Below, piece by piece: positions 17,302 through 25,860 of a stretch of DNA of 64,000 bases (position 1 is its first letter; every line of letters starts with the position of its first letter). Source of the stretch: Candidatus Saccharimonadota bacterium (GTDB lineage: Bacteria; Patescibacteriota; Saccharimonadia; UBA4664); assembly GCA_019352195.1 (NCBI GenBank), contig JACAFG010000005.1:92287-156286 (forward strand). The letters run 5' to 3'. The translations under genes were made by a program, and so were the position numbers. The notes beneath the pieces are model-generated. The model did not search any database, had not been told where the DNA came from, and was given only the letters and a program-made list of their open reading frames with translations.

Positions 17302-20205
17302 TTAGTTCTTCTGGTCAGAGGTAGGGGACTCGGCTGAAGGAGCAGCAACGCTAGCTGCTACCGGCTGCTGTTCCCCACTCTTTTGTTGCATGGCGGCCGC
17401 GATGGCTTCGCGGATGGCGTTGTCGTTCACACGAGGCGCAGGTGGTGCAATTACCCGCTGACTCCCCTGCCCTGCTGGCATGGCGGCAGGTGGGTTCACT
17501 GCTGGCGGTCGATACGCGTAACGCTTTGGTGCTGGCTCCTGGTGGCTGGTGGCGCGCTCCCGGCTGTCCGGTCGGCGCTGCTCCCCTGCTGTCTCGTTGG
17601 TTGGAGCAGGCGGCAAATTGGGGTTTTTGAGCGCAGCCAAGAATTCGCTCTTGGGTGTGTTCGGTGTTTGATCGGCAGAGGTCATATTCGAGGTAATTGG
17701 GTTGGTAGATACGACGTTGTCGACGGCGCGATCGCCCACGGAAGGGCCATCCTCGGTGCGGCTACGGATATCGGCTTCGACGCTAGCACGGTCGGAGGCA
17801 TAAACTGAGCGTGAATTAAGAACGATTTTCTCAAACAAATCGTTCTCGGGGTCGGGACGTCGTAAGGTTGTTGCCGAAAATGGAATAGTTTTCTCGCCGT
17901 TTACGATCATGGAGATGAAAATATTTTGGTTATTGAGGCGGGTAATATCGGTGGCTTCAAAGGTTGGCTCAAAATATTTACCCAAGATAACAGAGTCGCC
18001 TGGGCCAACGCGGAAGCTCACGATGGTACCAACGTTACCAAACACGGCGTCACGCACGGTTTCGGGCATTTGGGCGACGTATTGGTTAGCGACAGTGAGG
18101 TTCAGGCCGTACTTACGAGCTTCGGACAAGATTACAGCAAAACTATCGGTAGCAAAGTTTTGGAATTCGTCGACGTAGAGATAAAAGGGACGGCGATCCT
18201 CGAGGGCCATATCGGCTCGTCCCATGGCCGCAAGTTGGATCTTCGTAACCATAAGCGCGCCTAAAATGGCGGCGTTGTCTTCACCGACCTGACCGCGTGA
18301 GAGGTTAACGATGAGGATCTTGCCTTCATCCATAATTTTACGAAGGTTAAACGCTGACTTCTTTTGGCCGACGATATTACGGATGAGTGGGTTGGCCACA
18401 AAGGCACCCACCTTGTTGAGCACCGGAGCGATGGCTTCGGAGGCAAACTTCTCGTTCCAACTGGCAAATTCTGTTACCCAGAAGTTGCGCACGACCGGAT
18501 CGTCAATTTCTTTGATGACGCGTTTGCGGAAGTCTTTTTCGGTTAGCATGCGCGTGATGTCGAGCATGGTAGCGTCCGGATAGTCCAGCAGGGCTAAAAT
18601 TGTGTAGCGCAAAATGTACTCCAGGCGCGGACCCCAGGAGTTCTCAAACATGCGCTTAAGCACGCCGACGAGCTCGGAACTAATGTGGTTTTTGAGGTTG
18701 ATATCAATTACTTCCATCGGGTTGAAGGCCATTGGATTATCACGGTCGGTGGCGTCAAAATATACCACGTCTTTAATGCGGTCTTCGGGAATATACTTCA
18801 TGACGTCGGTAGCGTAATCACCGTGGGGGTCAATGATAGCAAAGCCTTGGTTTTGATATATGTCCGACAAAGTGAGCAGCTGCAGGAGCATACTCTTACC
18901 GGCGCCGGTTTGGCCAATGATGTACATGTGGCGGCCGCGGTCGCGGCGCTTGATCCCAAACTTGAGCTGGCGACCGCGGAAGTTGGTAAGACCAAACAAG
19001 CTCATGTCGCCCGGTTCGGTAATACCCTCAACCGGCAAACTGGCCGGGGGCTCGGAGGTCTTAGAGGTTGTCCATACCATTGATGGTGTTTCGACTGACT
19101 TGTGAGGCAAATGGTAGAGCGAGGCGAGCTCTTCAATATTGAGGACCTGGCCAGACTCGAGGAATAACCGAGAACGGTACTCGTCGATAAACTCAATTGA
19201 ATTATAGGTTTTACCCTGTCCAAAACCGTTCAAGTTGGTGGTGTTGAATTGCTTAAAGCCGCCAATAAGGGCCTGGAGACGCGACTTAGCCATGGTTTCG
19301 CTGGGACCAAGGTAGGCAATGCGAATTTTCACTTCATAACCGAGTTTGGTAATTTTTTCTTCGACAGCTTTGATCATGGTCTGATCGCCGGTGGAAACTT
19401 CGACTTTTTTGACCTCACCCGGTTTAGCAGTTGCATTTGGCGGCGTTGAGAGGGCCTTCGCGAAGTTGGAGACAATATAAATTGGCAGGCCGAGCAGTAG
19501 TTCCCGGAGTTCCCCCGCTAAACCGCGATCGCTTTTGCCTGCCTTGATGTTATCGATAAATTTCTTACCGCGGTCTTGCCAACTATCGTCAACGGGACGA
19601 GCCAAAATTTGGATCCAGGCTTCCTCGCCTACTCCTTCAAGCTTAGCGAGTACGCCCGTGATGCCGGCCAGCGGGTCGACTTCGAATGAGGCGAAAGTTT
19701 TTACTGGCAGTACGTCGGGCTTGGTGAGTACGAGCTCGGTACCATAAATAGCCCGCCCGCCGGGATCGGTTTTAGTGTAATCTTCGGGATTTTCGGCAAT
19801 CTGGACCGTAGGATACTGCGCGTAAACTTGGCTTTCAACAAAGTCTTTGAGGTGTTTGGGGCACCAAATATAAAACTGGATTGAGTTCTCGCGAGCAACA
19901 ATCTCAAATGAGATGTGCTCTTGGAGTGAGCCTTCACGCAGCAATTCATCTTTGCCGCGCAAAATGCCGTGCAGGGAGGCAAACATTTGTTCGGCCGAGA
20001 GCTCTTTTTTCTCGTTATCTTTGGGCACGTCGATACGCAGCAAAATCGTTTCAATTTCGTTGACCCATTTGATGCGGCGGCGGTTTTGATACGTAAGGTA
20101 CGCGATGACCGCAACCACTACGATCCAAAGTTGGAATTTAAATAGGAGCAGGCCAATAATATCTAAAATGGCAAATAGAGGCGATAAGACACTACCAAAT
20201 GGCAA
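17302..20205 (-). CDS. VirD4/TraG/FtsK-HerA-superfamily P-loop ATPase (type IV secretion coupling-protein-like) with an N-terminal membrane anchor and a Pro/Ala-rich C-terminal tail
   Basis: N-terminal TM helices. Walker A GQTGAGKS. Walker-B-like YLYVDEFQNF. Low-complexity C-terminus. Confidence 0.55.
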   Translation of the reverse strand: MPFGSVLSPLFAILDIIGLLLFKFQLWIVVVAVIAYLTYQNRRRIKWVNEIETILLRIDVPKDNEKKELSAEQMFASLHGILRGKDELLREGSLQEHISFEIVARENSIQFYIWCPKHLKDFVESQVYAQYPTVQIAENPEDYTKTDPGGRAIYGTELVLTKPDVLPVKTFASFEVDPLAGITGVLAKLEGVGEEAWIQILARPVDDSWQDRGKKFIDNIKAGKSDRGLAGELRELLLGLPIYIVSNFAKALSTPPNATAKPGEVKKVEVSTGDQTMIKAVEEKITKLGYEVKIRIAYLGPSETMAKSRLQALIGGFKQFNTTNLNGFGQGKTYNSIEFIDEYRSRLFLESGQVLNIEELASLYHLPHKSVETPSMVWTTSKTSEPPASLPVEGITEPGDMSLFGLTNFRGRQLKFGIKRRDRGRHMYIIGQTGAGKSMLLQLLTLSDIYQNQGFAIIDPHGDYATDVMKYIPEDRIKDVVYFDATDRDNPMAFNPMEVIDINLKNHISSELVGVLKRMFENSWGPRLEYILRYTILALLDYPDATMLDITRMLTEKDFRKRVIKEIDDPVVRNFWVTEFASWNEKFASEAIAPVLNKVGAFVANPLIRNIVGQKKSAFNLRKIMDEGKILIVNLSRGQVGEDNAAILGALMVTKIQLAAMGRADMALEDRRPFYLYVDEFQNFATDSFAVILSEARKYGLNLTVANQYVAQMPETVRDAVFGNVGTIVSFRVGPGDSVILGKYFEPTFEATDITRLNNQNIFISMIVNGEKTIPFSATTLRRPDPENDLFEKIVLNSRSVYASDRASVEADIRSRTEDGPSVGDRAVDNVVSTNPITSNMTSADQTPNTPKSEFLAALKNPNLPPAPTNETAGEQRRPDSRERATSHQEPAPKRYAYRPPAVNPPAAMPAGQGSQRVIAPPAPRVNDNAIREAIAAAMQQKSGEQQPVAASVAAPSAESPTSDQKN

Positions 20206-20208
20206 TTA

Positions 20209-21249
20209 CTATTTCTCCTTAAGGTCGTAGGTAGCTTTCGCAGTCCGGACGAATTGATCTTTTTCCTGAAGATTAAGAATAATGGTGGTGGTTTTGACTT
20301 GGCGCTTCATAAGGACACGGCGGACAATTTCATCCTTGTGCAAGGGCGCAGATTCTTCGCGTAAAACTGAGGCAATAATCTCGGCAACCGTACCAGGCGT
20401 GTAGCCCCACTCGCTGAGCGCGTAAATACCGCGGCCAATAAGAATGAAGCGGCCGTCTTTGATGAGTTCATTGTGAACTGCTTGCACGGTAACGTTACGC
20501 TTGTTGGTACCCAGGCCACGAACGTGGTGGGCGATGTCCGAGAAGTGCAGCGGGCGGCCATGGCGAGCAAGGACGAGATAGGTTTTGTCGCGAATGCTTT
20601 TCGGGTTAACCTCGGGCCAAGCAACCAGTCCCCACTTGCCGTCAAAATAAGCGAGTTGCTTTGATACGCGCATGAGCTGCTCGAGGGTTTCGGGTTCAAG
20701 CTCGGAAGCTAGCTTGGAGCGCAGCTTTACGAGCGTGGTGGGCTTGCCGTAGGCGGTGACCGCGGCTACTACTTCTTCGATGAGCTGGACAATTTGGGAG
20801 CGACCAAAGATTGGGAGCAATCCAACTGCCGCACGAAGGTGATCGTCGTCGTCGATAAGGTCGACACCATGGGACAGTAAGCTCAGGAAGATAATGTAGG
20901 GGGCGTCGGTTTCGGGCGCAGCGAGTATGGCAGTAATATCGCTAATTAGAGCGACGCCACCAAAGTCGCGTACGACGGTGGTAATAACTTCATTGGCTCG
21001 TGATAGCTCGGCAAAGTCAAGGCTGCGGAGTTTGGTTACTGCCGCCTTCTCGATTTGGCGAACGCGTTCACGGGTAATGTTAAAATCGTTGCCGATTTTC
21101 TCGAGAGTTTGGCGTTTGGCCATACCAAAGCCAAACCGGCCAGCAATTATCTGGCGGTCGCGTTCACGGCGAAGCTGCCCCAAGATAGTTTTGGTGGCGT
21201 CGCGGTAGTCGTACTTGGTGCTCGTTGCGGTCGCAGTTTGGTTTGTCAT
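20209..21249 (-). CDS. DNA-binding protein with an N-terminal sigma-70 region 4 HTH and a C-terminal HARE-HTH-like domain
   Basis: IAGRFGFGMAKRQTLEKIGNDFNITRERVRQIEKAAVTKLR is a sigma region 4 signature. HFSDIAHHVRGLG ... DGRFILIGRGIYALSEWGY resembles the HARE-HTH of the RNAP delta subunit. Lies 4 bp upstream of the ATPase gene. Confidence 0.5.
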   Translation of the reverse strand: MTNQTATATSTKYDYRDATKTILGQLRRERDRQIIAGRFGFGMAKRQTLEKIGNDFNITRERVRQIEKAAVTKLRSLDFAELSRANEVITTVVRDFGGVALISDITAILAAPETDAPYIIFLSLLSHGVDLIDDDDHLRAAVGLLPIFGRSQIVQLIEEVVAAVTAYGKPTTLVKLRSKLASELEPETLEQLMRVSKQLAYFDGKWGLVAWPEVNPKSIRDKTYLVLARHGRPLHFSDIAHHVRGLGTNKRNVTVQAVHNELIKDGRFILIGRGIYALSEWGYTPGTVAEIIASVLREESAPLHKDEIVRRVLMKRQVKTTTIILNLQEKDQFVRTAKATYDLKEK

Positions 21250-21256
21250 TGCTTCA

Positions 21257-21285
21257 ATTATAAAATATCGCTAAATTTGTGTCAA
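21257..21285 (-). promoter_or_regulatory. consensus sigma70 promoter on the minus strand (TTGACA-17 nt-TATAAT) whose -10 ends 7 nt before the ATG at 21249 (leaderless transcript predicted)
   Basis: The reverse complement of 21257-21285 reads TTGACACAAATTTAGCGATATTTTATAAT. Confidence 0.55.
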
Positions 21286-21394
21286 CAATCGAGGCAAAGC
21301 GAAGTTATTAGCGCTCGATCTCATACGTAAAGATAATTTTATAACATGTTTACGCATTATGCAATAGCTTTTATATCGGGTATTAGAAAATGGG

Positions 21395-22807
21395 CTAGAA
21401 CCCGGCTAATTGCTTGGTAATGGTGGCATCTAAGTCCGAAATTTTGACGCGAGTTTGCTCCATCGTGTCGCGGTGACGAATGGTAACTTCGTGGTTGTCG
21501 AGCGAATCAAAGTCGATGACCACGCACAACGGCGTGCCAATTTCGTCTTGGCGGCGGTAACGCTTACCAATGTTGCCGTTGTCGTCGTACGCAACACCGT
21601 TAAATGTCGTTTTGAGCTGTCGATACACTTTGGTCGCAAGTTCAACGAGCTCTGGTTTGTTACGAAGTAAAGGCGAGACGGCAATTTTTATTGGTGACAG
21701 CTCCGGCTTGAGTTTGAGTACAACACGAGTATCGTCGCCCGAGGTAGTCTCAACGTGGTAAGCGTCGCTTAGGAAAGCCAAAAACATACGTCCCATTCCA
21801 ACTGAAGTTTCCAAAATCCACGGAATGTACTTTTCGCCAGTCGTCGGTTCGGTATACGACAGATCAACCCCCGAAAACTTAGTGTGTTGTGATAGGTCAT
21901 AATCGGTGCGGTCATGGATACCTTCGAGCTCATCGAAGCCATAGGACGGGAAATTGTATTCGATATCCCAGGCATCGGAGGCATAAAAAACCAGATTTTC
22001 ATGCTGCTTAAAGTTGAGGTTTTCTGGCTTAATACCCATTTTGATATACCAATCAAAGCGCGCCTGCTTAATGCGATCGTAGGCAGCTTTGTTCTCGTGC
22101 GGCTTCACAAAGTATTGAGTATCGGCTTGTTCCATTTCCCGGGTTCGAAAGAGGAAATTGCGCGGGCTAATTTCATTGCGGAAGGCTTTTCCAATCTGGG
22201 CAATGCCGAACGGAATTCGCGCTGGCGTTGTATCAACCACGTTTTTGAAATTGAGGTAAATCCCCTGGCAAGCTTCGCCGGGTAGGTATACGGGGTGGTC
22301 AAAACCGTCGCCGGTAAAGTCGCCCATATTGGTTTTGACTAATAAGTTAAACGCGCGCACTGGGCTAAAGTCCTTTGCGCCACATTTGGGACATTTGAGT
22401 TTGTCCTTGTTTTCGTCAAAGAGTCGCTGCAAATCGGTTTCAGACATTTTTTCGTCAGCCGTAACGCCGATTCTCTCAAGTTCTTTATCGACTCGAATGC
22501 GCGTATTGCAAACTTTGCACTCGGCCAGAGGATCAGAAAATCCGGTGGTGTGACCTGAGGCATCCCAGACCCGAGGCTCTTTAAAAATGGCTGAATCGAG
22601 GCCATAAAAGTCGTCTCGATCGTAAATGTGCTCTTTCCACCAAGCCTTCTTAAGATTATTGAGAAGCTCGACGCCGTAAGGACCAAAATCGTACATTCCT
22701 GCCATACCGCCATAAATCTCGCTACCTTGGTACACAAAACCACGTCGTTTTGCTAGTGCGACAATGTCTTCCATATTAACTTTTGGCTGTTCGTTAGATT
22801 TCGGCAT
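21395..22807 (-). CDS. glyQS: glycine--tRNA ligase, alpha2 homodimeric type
   Basis: About 470 aa. Class II aaRS motifs and the anticodon-binding domain pattern of single-chain GlyRS. Confidence 0.88.
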   Translation of the reverse strand: MPKSNEQPKVNMEDIVALAKRRGFVYQGSEIYGGMAGMYDFGPYGVELLNNLKKAWWKEHIYDRDDFYGLDSAIFKEPRVWDASGHTTGFSDPLAECKVCNTRIRVDKELERIGVTADEKMSETDLQRLFDENKDKLKCPKCGAKDFSPVRAFNLLVKTNMGDFTGDGFDHPVYLPGEACQGIYLNFKNVVDTTPARIPFGIAQIGKAFRNEISPRNFLFRTREMEQADTQYFVKPHENKAAYDRIKQARFDWYIKMGIKPENLNFKQHENLVFYASDAWDIEYNFPSYGFDELEGIHDRTDYDLSQHTKFSGVDLSYTEPTTGEKYIPWILETSVGMGRMFLAFLSDAYHVETTSGDDTRVVLKLKPELSPIKIAVSPLLRNKPELVELATKVYRQLKTTFNGVAYDDNGNIGKRYRRQDEIGTPLCVVIDFDSLDNHEVTIRHRDTMEQTRVKISDLDATITKQLAGF

Positions 22808-23108
22808 GAAATTGAAGATTATCCGGATGTGTTAGCTCATTATAGTCGTCGTCGCTGATTTGGCCAACTGAAGCCAAATACGCCAGATCGGCCACGAAGA
22901 TAGCGCGAATGTCATCATAACGGGGTGATTTCTTGTCCGCCAAAATACGCAAAGTTGCAGTTGAGTCCTTAATAAACTCTTCGAGCTCGTCCTCGTTCAT
23001 CATTTCCCCTTCGGTTTTGTCGGGGTTACTGACGCATCGCGCCGGCGGGTCGACATCGGCGGCCCGATAATCTTCGAGATGCCACGCAAGTTCTGATAAT
23101 GGATTCAT
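22794..23108 (-). CDS. hypothetical acidic protein
   Basis: ORF only; its end overlaps the glyQS start by 14 nt. Confidence 0.3.
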   Translation of the reverse strand: MNPLSELAWHLEDYRAADVDPPARCVSNPDKTEGEMMNEDELEEFIKDSTATLRILADKKSPRYDDIRAIFVADLAYLASVGQISDDDYNELTHPDNLQFHAEI

Positions 23109-23842
23109 AAAGTTGCTCCTAGGGTGCCCGAACGGACGCTGTGGCCGCCGTGGGCGTCATAAAAATCATCGCAGTCGGCCAAACTGCTGGCAGCCATTTC
23201 AGATGCCCCGCCGATACGGGCGATCGTAGCGTATGGATAGTTAAACAGCAAGCGCCACAGTTTTATGGCGGGTTGTGACATCGGTGAAGCGACGGCGCCG
23301 CGGTCATCATCGCAGGTGAGGCCGCCCCGCTCGGCCTCAAACCAGTAACGCGAGTCAGCGTCCGACCGGCCACAGACGAGGCATTGGTCGAGTGACGGCT
23401 GCAGACCCGAAATGGCGAGGAGGCGGAGTTTAAACCATAGCTCGACCAGTGGACCTGACTCCCCTGCTTCGACCGCCCCCAAGGCCATGCGCGTGTGCGC
23501 GTACAGCTCGGGCTGGGGCTCACCAGGCTGGGCAAAGCGGTCCACGAGCGAGGCGATGATAAACGCCAGTCCTAGGCGCTCGTAGTTGGCCGTAAGCTCA
23601 TGCGGATACCACACGAGCCGGGCGGATGTAACTACGTCGAGGTTACGGCCGGTCGCAAGCATCAGCGCTACTTCGCCAAATGGCTCCAGATGACCACCCG
23701 ATTTGCTTTTAACGCGGCGAATACCTTTGGCAACGGCGCTAATCTTGCCATGTTCGGGCGTAATAAAGCGAATAATACGGTCGGCTTCGCCAAAATTGGT
23801 GCGGCTTAGCACGATGCCGGTAGTTTGGTATGTAGCGCCCAC
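23105..23842 (-). CDS. recO: DNA repair protein RecO
   Basis: N-terminal OB fold (GIVLSRTNFGEADRIIRFIT ... GKISAVAKGIRR) and a C-terminal Cys-containing region. GTG start with a TAGGAGGG RBS. Confidence 0.8.
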   Translation of the reverse strand: MGATYQTTGIVLSRTNFGEADRIIRFITPEHGKISAVAKGIRRVKSKSGGHLEPFGEVALMLATGRNLDVVTSARLVWYPHELTANYERLGLAFIIASLVDRFAQPGEPQPELYAHTRMALGAVEAGESGPLVELWFKLRLLAISGLQPSLDQCLVCGRSDADSRYWFEAERGGLTCDDDRGAVASPMSQPAIKLWRLLFNYPYATIARIGGASEMAASSLADCDDFYDAHGGHSVRSGTLGATL

Positions 23843-23896
23843 GCACCCTCCTATCTCAACTTATTATAGCGAGCGGGCGTATAAACGCGAAGCGAC

Positions 23897-23924
23897 CCCG
23901 GTTTCTTGCAAGAAACCGGGGTCG
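23897..23924. terminator. perfect 28-bp palindrome ACCCCGGTTTCTTGCAAGAAACCGGGGT at the boundary between GC-rich island 2 and recO
   Basis: Seen directly. A minus-strand TATAAT -10 for recO lies immediately downstream. Confidence 0.5.
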
Positions 23925-23939
23925 ATCGGACGATGTGGA

Positions 23940-24368
23940 TCAGGCGGAGACGAGCTCCGGAGATGTGACGGGCTCGGTCGTGGCGGTGGTCGGGTCGATC
24001 AGCTGTGGGAAAGCGTTGTCGTCGAACCGAGTGATATAGCGCTTGATGCGCCACGTGGTGGCGACGCCGGGGCGCTCCTCGGTGAAGTCGGTGCCGCCCT
24101 CTTTGAGGGGCAAGACCGTGGTGCCCCAGGCGGCCGCGACGATGGCGGCGAACTCCTTGTCGACGATGATGTAACCGGGGTAGACGGTGTAGTCCCCGAG
24201 GCCGAGGTCGCGCAGGGCCCGGTGACCGGTGCAATCCTGCGGCTGGCATGGGGTGGCCACCGGCAGGCTGGTGAGCTCCGGCTGGCCGAAGGCGGTGCGC
24301 AGCGCGTTGAGGTCGCGGCGCATGCCACGAATGGCGAGAGATGCGGCGGATCTGGTCATGGACAACAT
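23940..24368 (-). CDS. hypothetical protein (GC-rich island 2)
   Basis: ORF in a high-GC segment. The plus-strand RG-rich 282-aa ORF is judged an artefact. No motif recognised. Confidence 0.3.
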   Translation of the reverse strand: MLSMTRSAASLAIRGMRRDLNALRTAFGQPELTSLPVATPCQPQDCTGHRALRDLGLGDYTVYPGYIIVDKEFAAIVAAAWGTTVLPLKEGGTDFTEERPGVATTWRIKRYITRFDDNAFPQLIDPTTATTEPVTSPELVSA

Positions 24369-24456
24369 CCTTCCAACTCGGGGTGGAAATGCGGGCTCGC
24401 AAGTATGAGCTTATGGTTGTTATACGACACTGGTGTCGAAATAACAACCATAACGG

Positions 24457-24882
24457 CTAGGCGGCAGAGGGCGCTCGGTTTTCGTCGAAACCGGGCAGCA
24501 GTCCGTCGTCGAAGTTTTCAACGAACAGACTCACGTCTCGGGGCAGCTTGAAGTGAACTTTGCGGCACTGGGGGCCGTCGGCGCACTTCAACTGCTTGCT
24601 GCCCCAGCTTCGTCGTACCGCGGCAGCGTTACTGGGGTCAAGCGCGATGTCGCTCCGGGTGATGTAGAACTCACCCAAGCCGTCACAGCGCAACGTGCGG
24701 TGCACGGGGCAAATGTCGGCGCCGCGGATCGCGCCTTTGGACATGGTGCGGCGGGGCTTGGCCCCGAGAGCGGCGCGCAGCAGATTGATCTGGGTGAGCG
24801 CTGCGCGGGCGACCGCGGCTTGGTTGATCTGGATCACGCTGGTAACGGGAAGATTGACGTCAGAGGAAGATTTCATCAGCAT
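24457..24882 (-). CDS. hypothetical protein (GC-rich island 2)
   Basis: ORF with an AAAGGG RBS. Several Cys residues. No motif recognised. Confidence 0.3.
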   Translation of the reverse strand: MLMKSSSDVNLPVTSVIQINQAAVARAALTQINLLRAALGAKPRRTMSKGAIRGADICPVHRTLRCDGLGEFYITRSDIALDPSNAAAVRRSWGSKQLKCADGPQCRKVHFKLPRDVSLFVENFDDGLLPGFDENRAPSAA

Positions 24883-25393
24883 GAGCTGACCCTTTCGAGA
24901 TCTGGTCGGGGGAATTCGAACTTGGATTGTTGATACCTGGGTTGCCCTGTTTGGTAAGCCAGGTTTCAGCGCGCACTGAGTTCGGCAAAGGGACTGGCAA
25001 CCAGTTCCGGAATGCCGTCCGCGCTGTCGAAGCGCTTGATGAAACGAATGACGGCAGGCGGGTTGCGGAGCTTGACGCGTAAGCCATGCGACGTCTCGAA
25101 GAACTTCGGCACACGCTTAATCCTGGGAGGACATCAACGAGCGTGTTGTGTACCGCGCAAATGTTTTAGCGCGCAGGAATGCCTGGTCGGGGGGTCTTCA
25201 GTGGACTACCTCCCAGCGCCTGACGCAGGCGGTTGCATGCTTCGAGCATGCCGGCGGTGAGTTCGGCATTAGTACGAGATTTGAACATGACGGGCCCCAA
25301 TTGTGTCGATGTACTGGTTTGGTGGAAAAACAAAACCTGAACTAGTTATACGGTATGTGGGCTAATGAGGCAAGATTTTCTAGTGGCTATGTC

Positions 25394-25801
25394 TTAGGCT
25401 TCGTCTTGAGAAGCTTTGTGGCCGGACGCTTTCAACACTTTCACCGCTTTGGTGACAACTTCGTCGGGAGTATGGTGACTCTTAATGAGATAATCATTGA
25501 CCCCTAAAGCTTTAGCCAGCTCTTGGTTCATATCGACTTCGGCTTGGCCAAGGTTAGTGAGTAAAATAACAGGGATTTGACGCAGTTCTGGCTGCTTCTT
25601 AATTTCCTTAAGCACATGAAAGCCATTGAGTTTTGGCATGAGGATATCGAGGAGAATTAGTTCGGGTTCGAATGTTTCTAAGGCCTTAAGGCAGTCTTCG
25701 CCGTTAGTGGCAATGTGGACTTCGTGACCTTCCAACTCAAATTTTGCCTGATACATTTCTACTAAGATGGCGTCATCTTCGACGAGCAAAATTTTTGCCA
25801 T
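25394..25801 (-). CDS. single-domain response regulator (CheY-like receiver only)
   Basis: MAKILLVEDD ... LLDILMP ... LTN receiver signature with phospho-Asp. No output domain. Confidence 0.8.
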   Translation of the reverse strand: MAKILLVEDDAILVEMYQAKFELEGHEVHIATNGEDCLKALETFEPELILLDILMPKLNGFHVLKEIKKQPELRQIPVILLTNLGQAEVDMNQELAKALGVNDYLIKSHHTPDEVVTKAVKVLKASGHKASQDEA

Positions 25802-25860
25802 GTGTGTGCTCCTTTCCCGTGGGCTGTAATTAGTTTATCAGATAGCGTTGACCCAGTCGC

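Noticed and set aside
22794-23108. Possible toxin-antitoxin or regulator role for the acidic 104-aa ORF overlapping glyQS
   Set aside because: No motif and no partner gene. Retained only as a low-confidence hypothetical CDS.
23703-24551. 282-aa plus-strand ORF in GC-rich island 2
   Set aside because: Arg/Gly-rich low-complexity translation with no RBS. The two shorter minus-strand ORFs with start contexts are preferred, though themselves uncertain.
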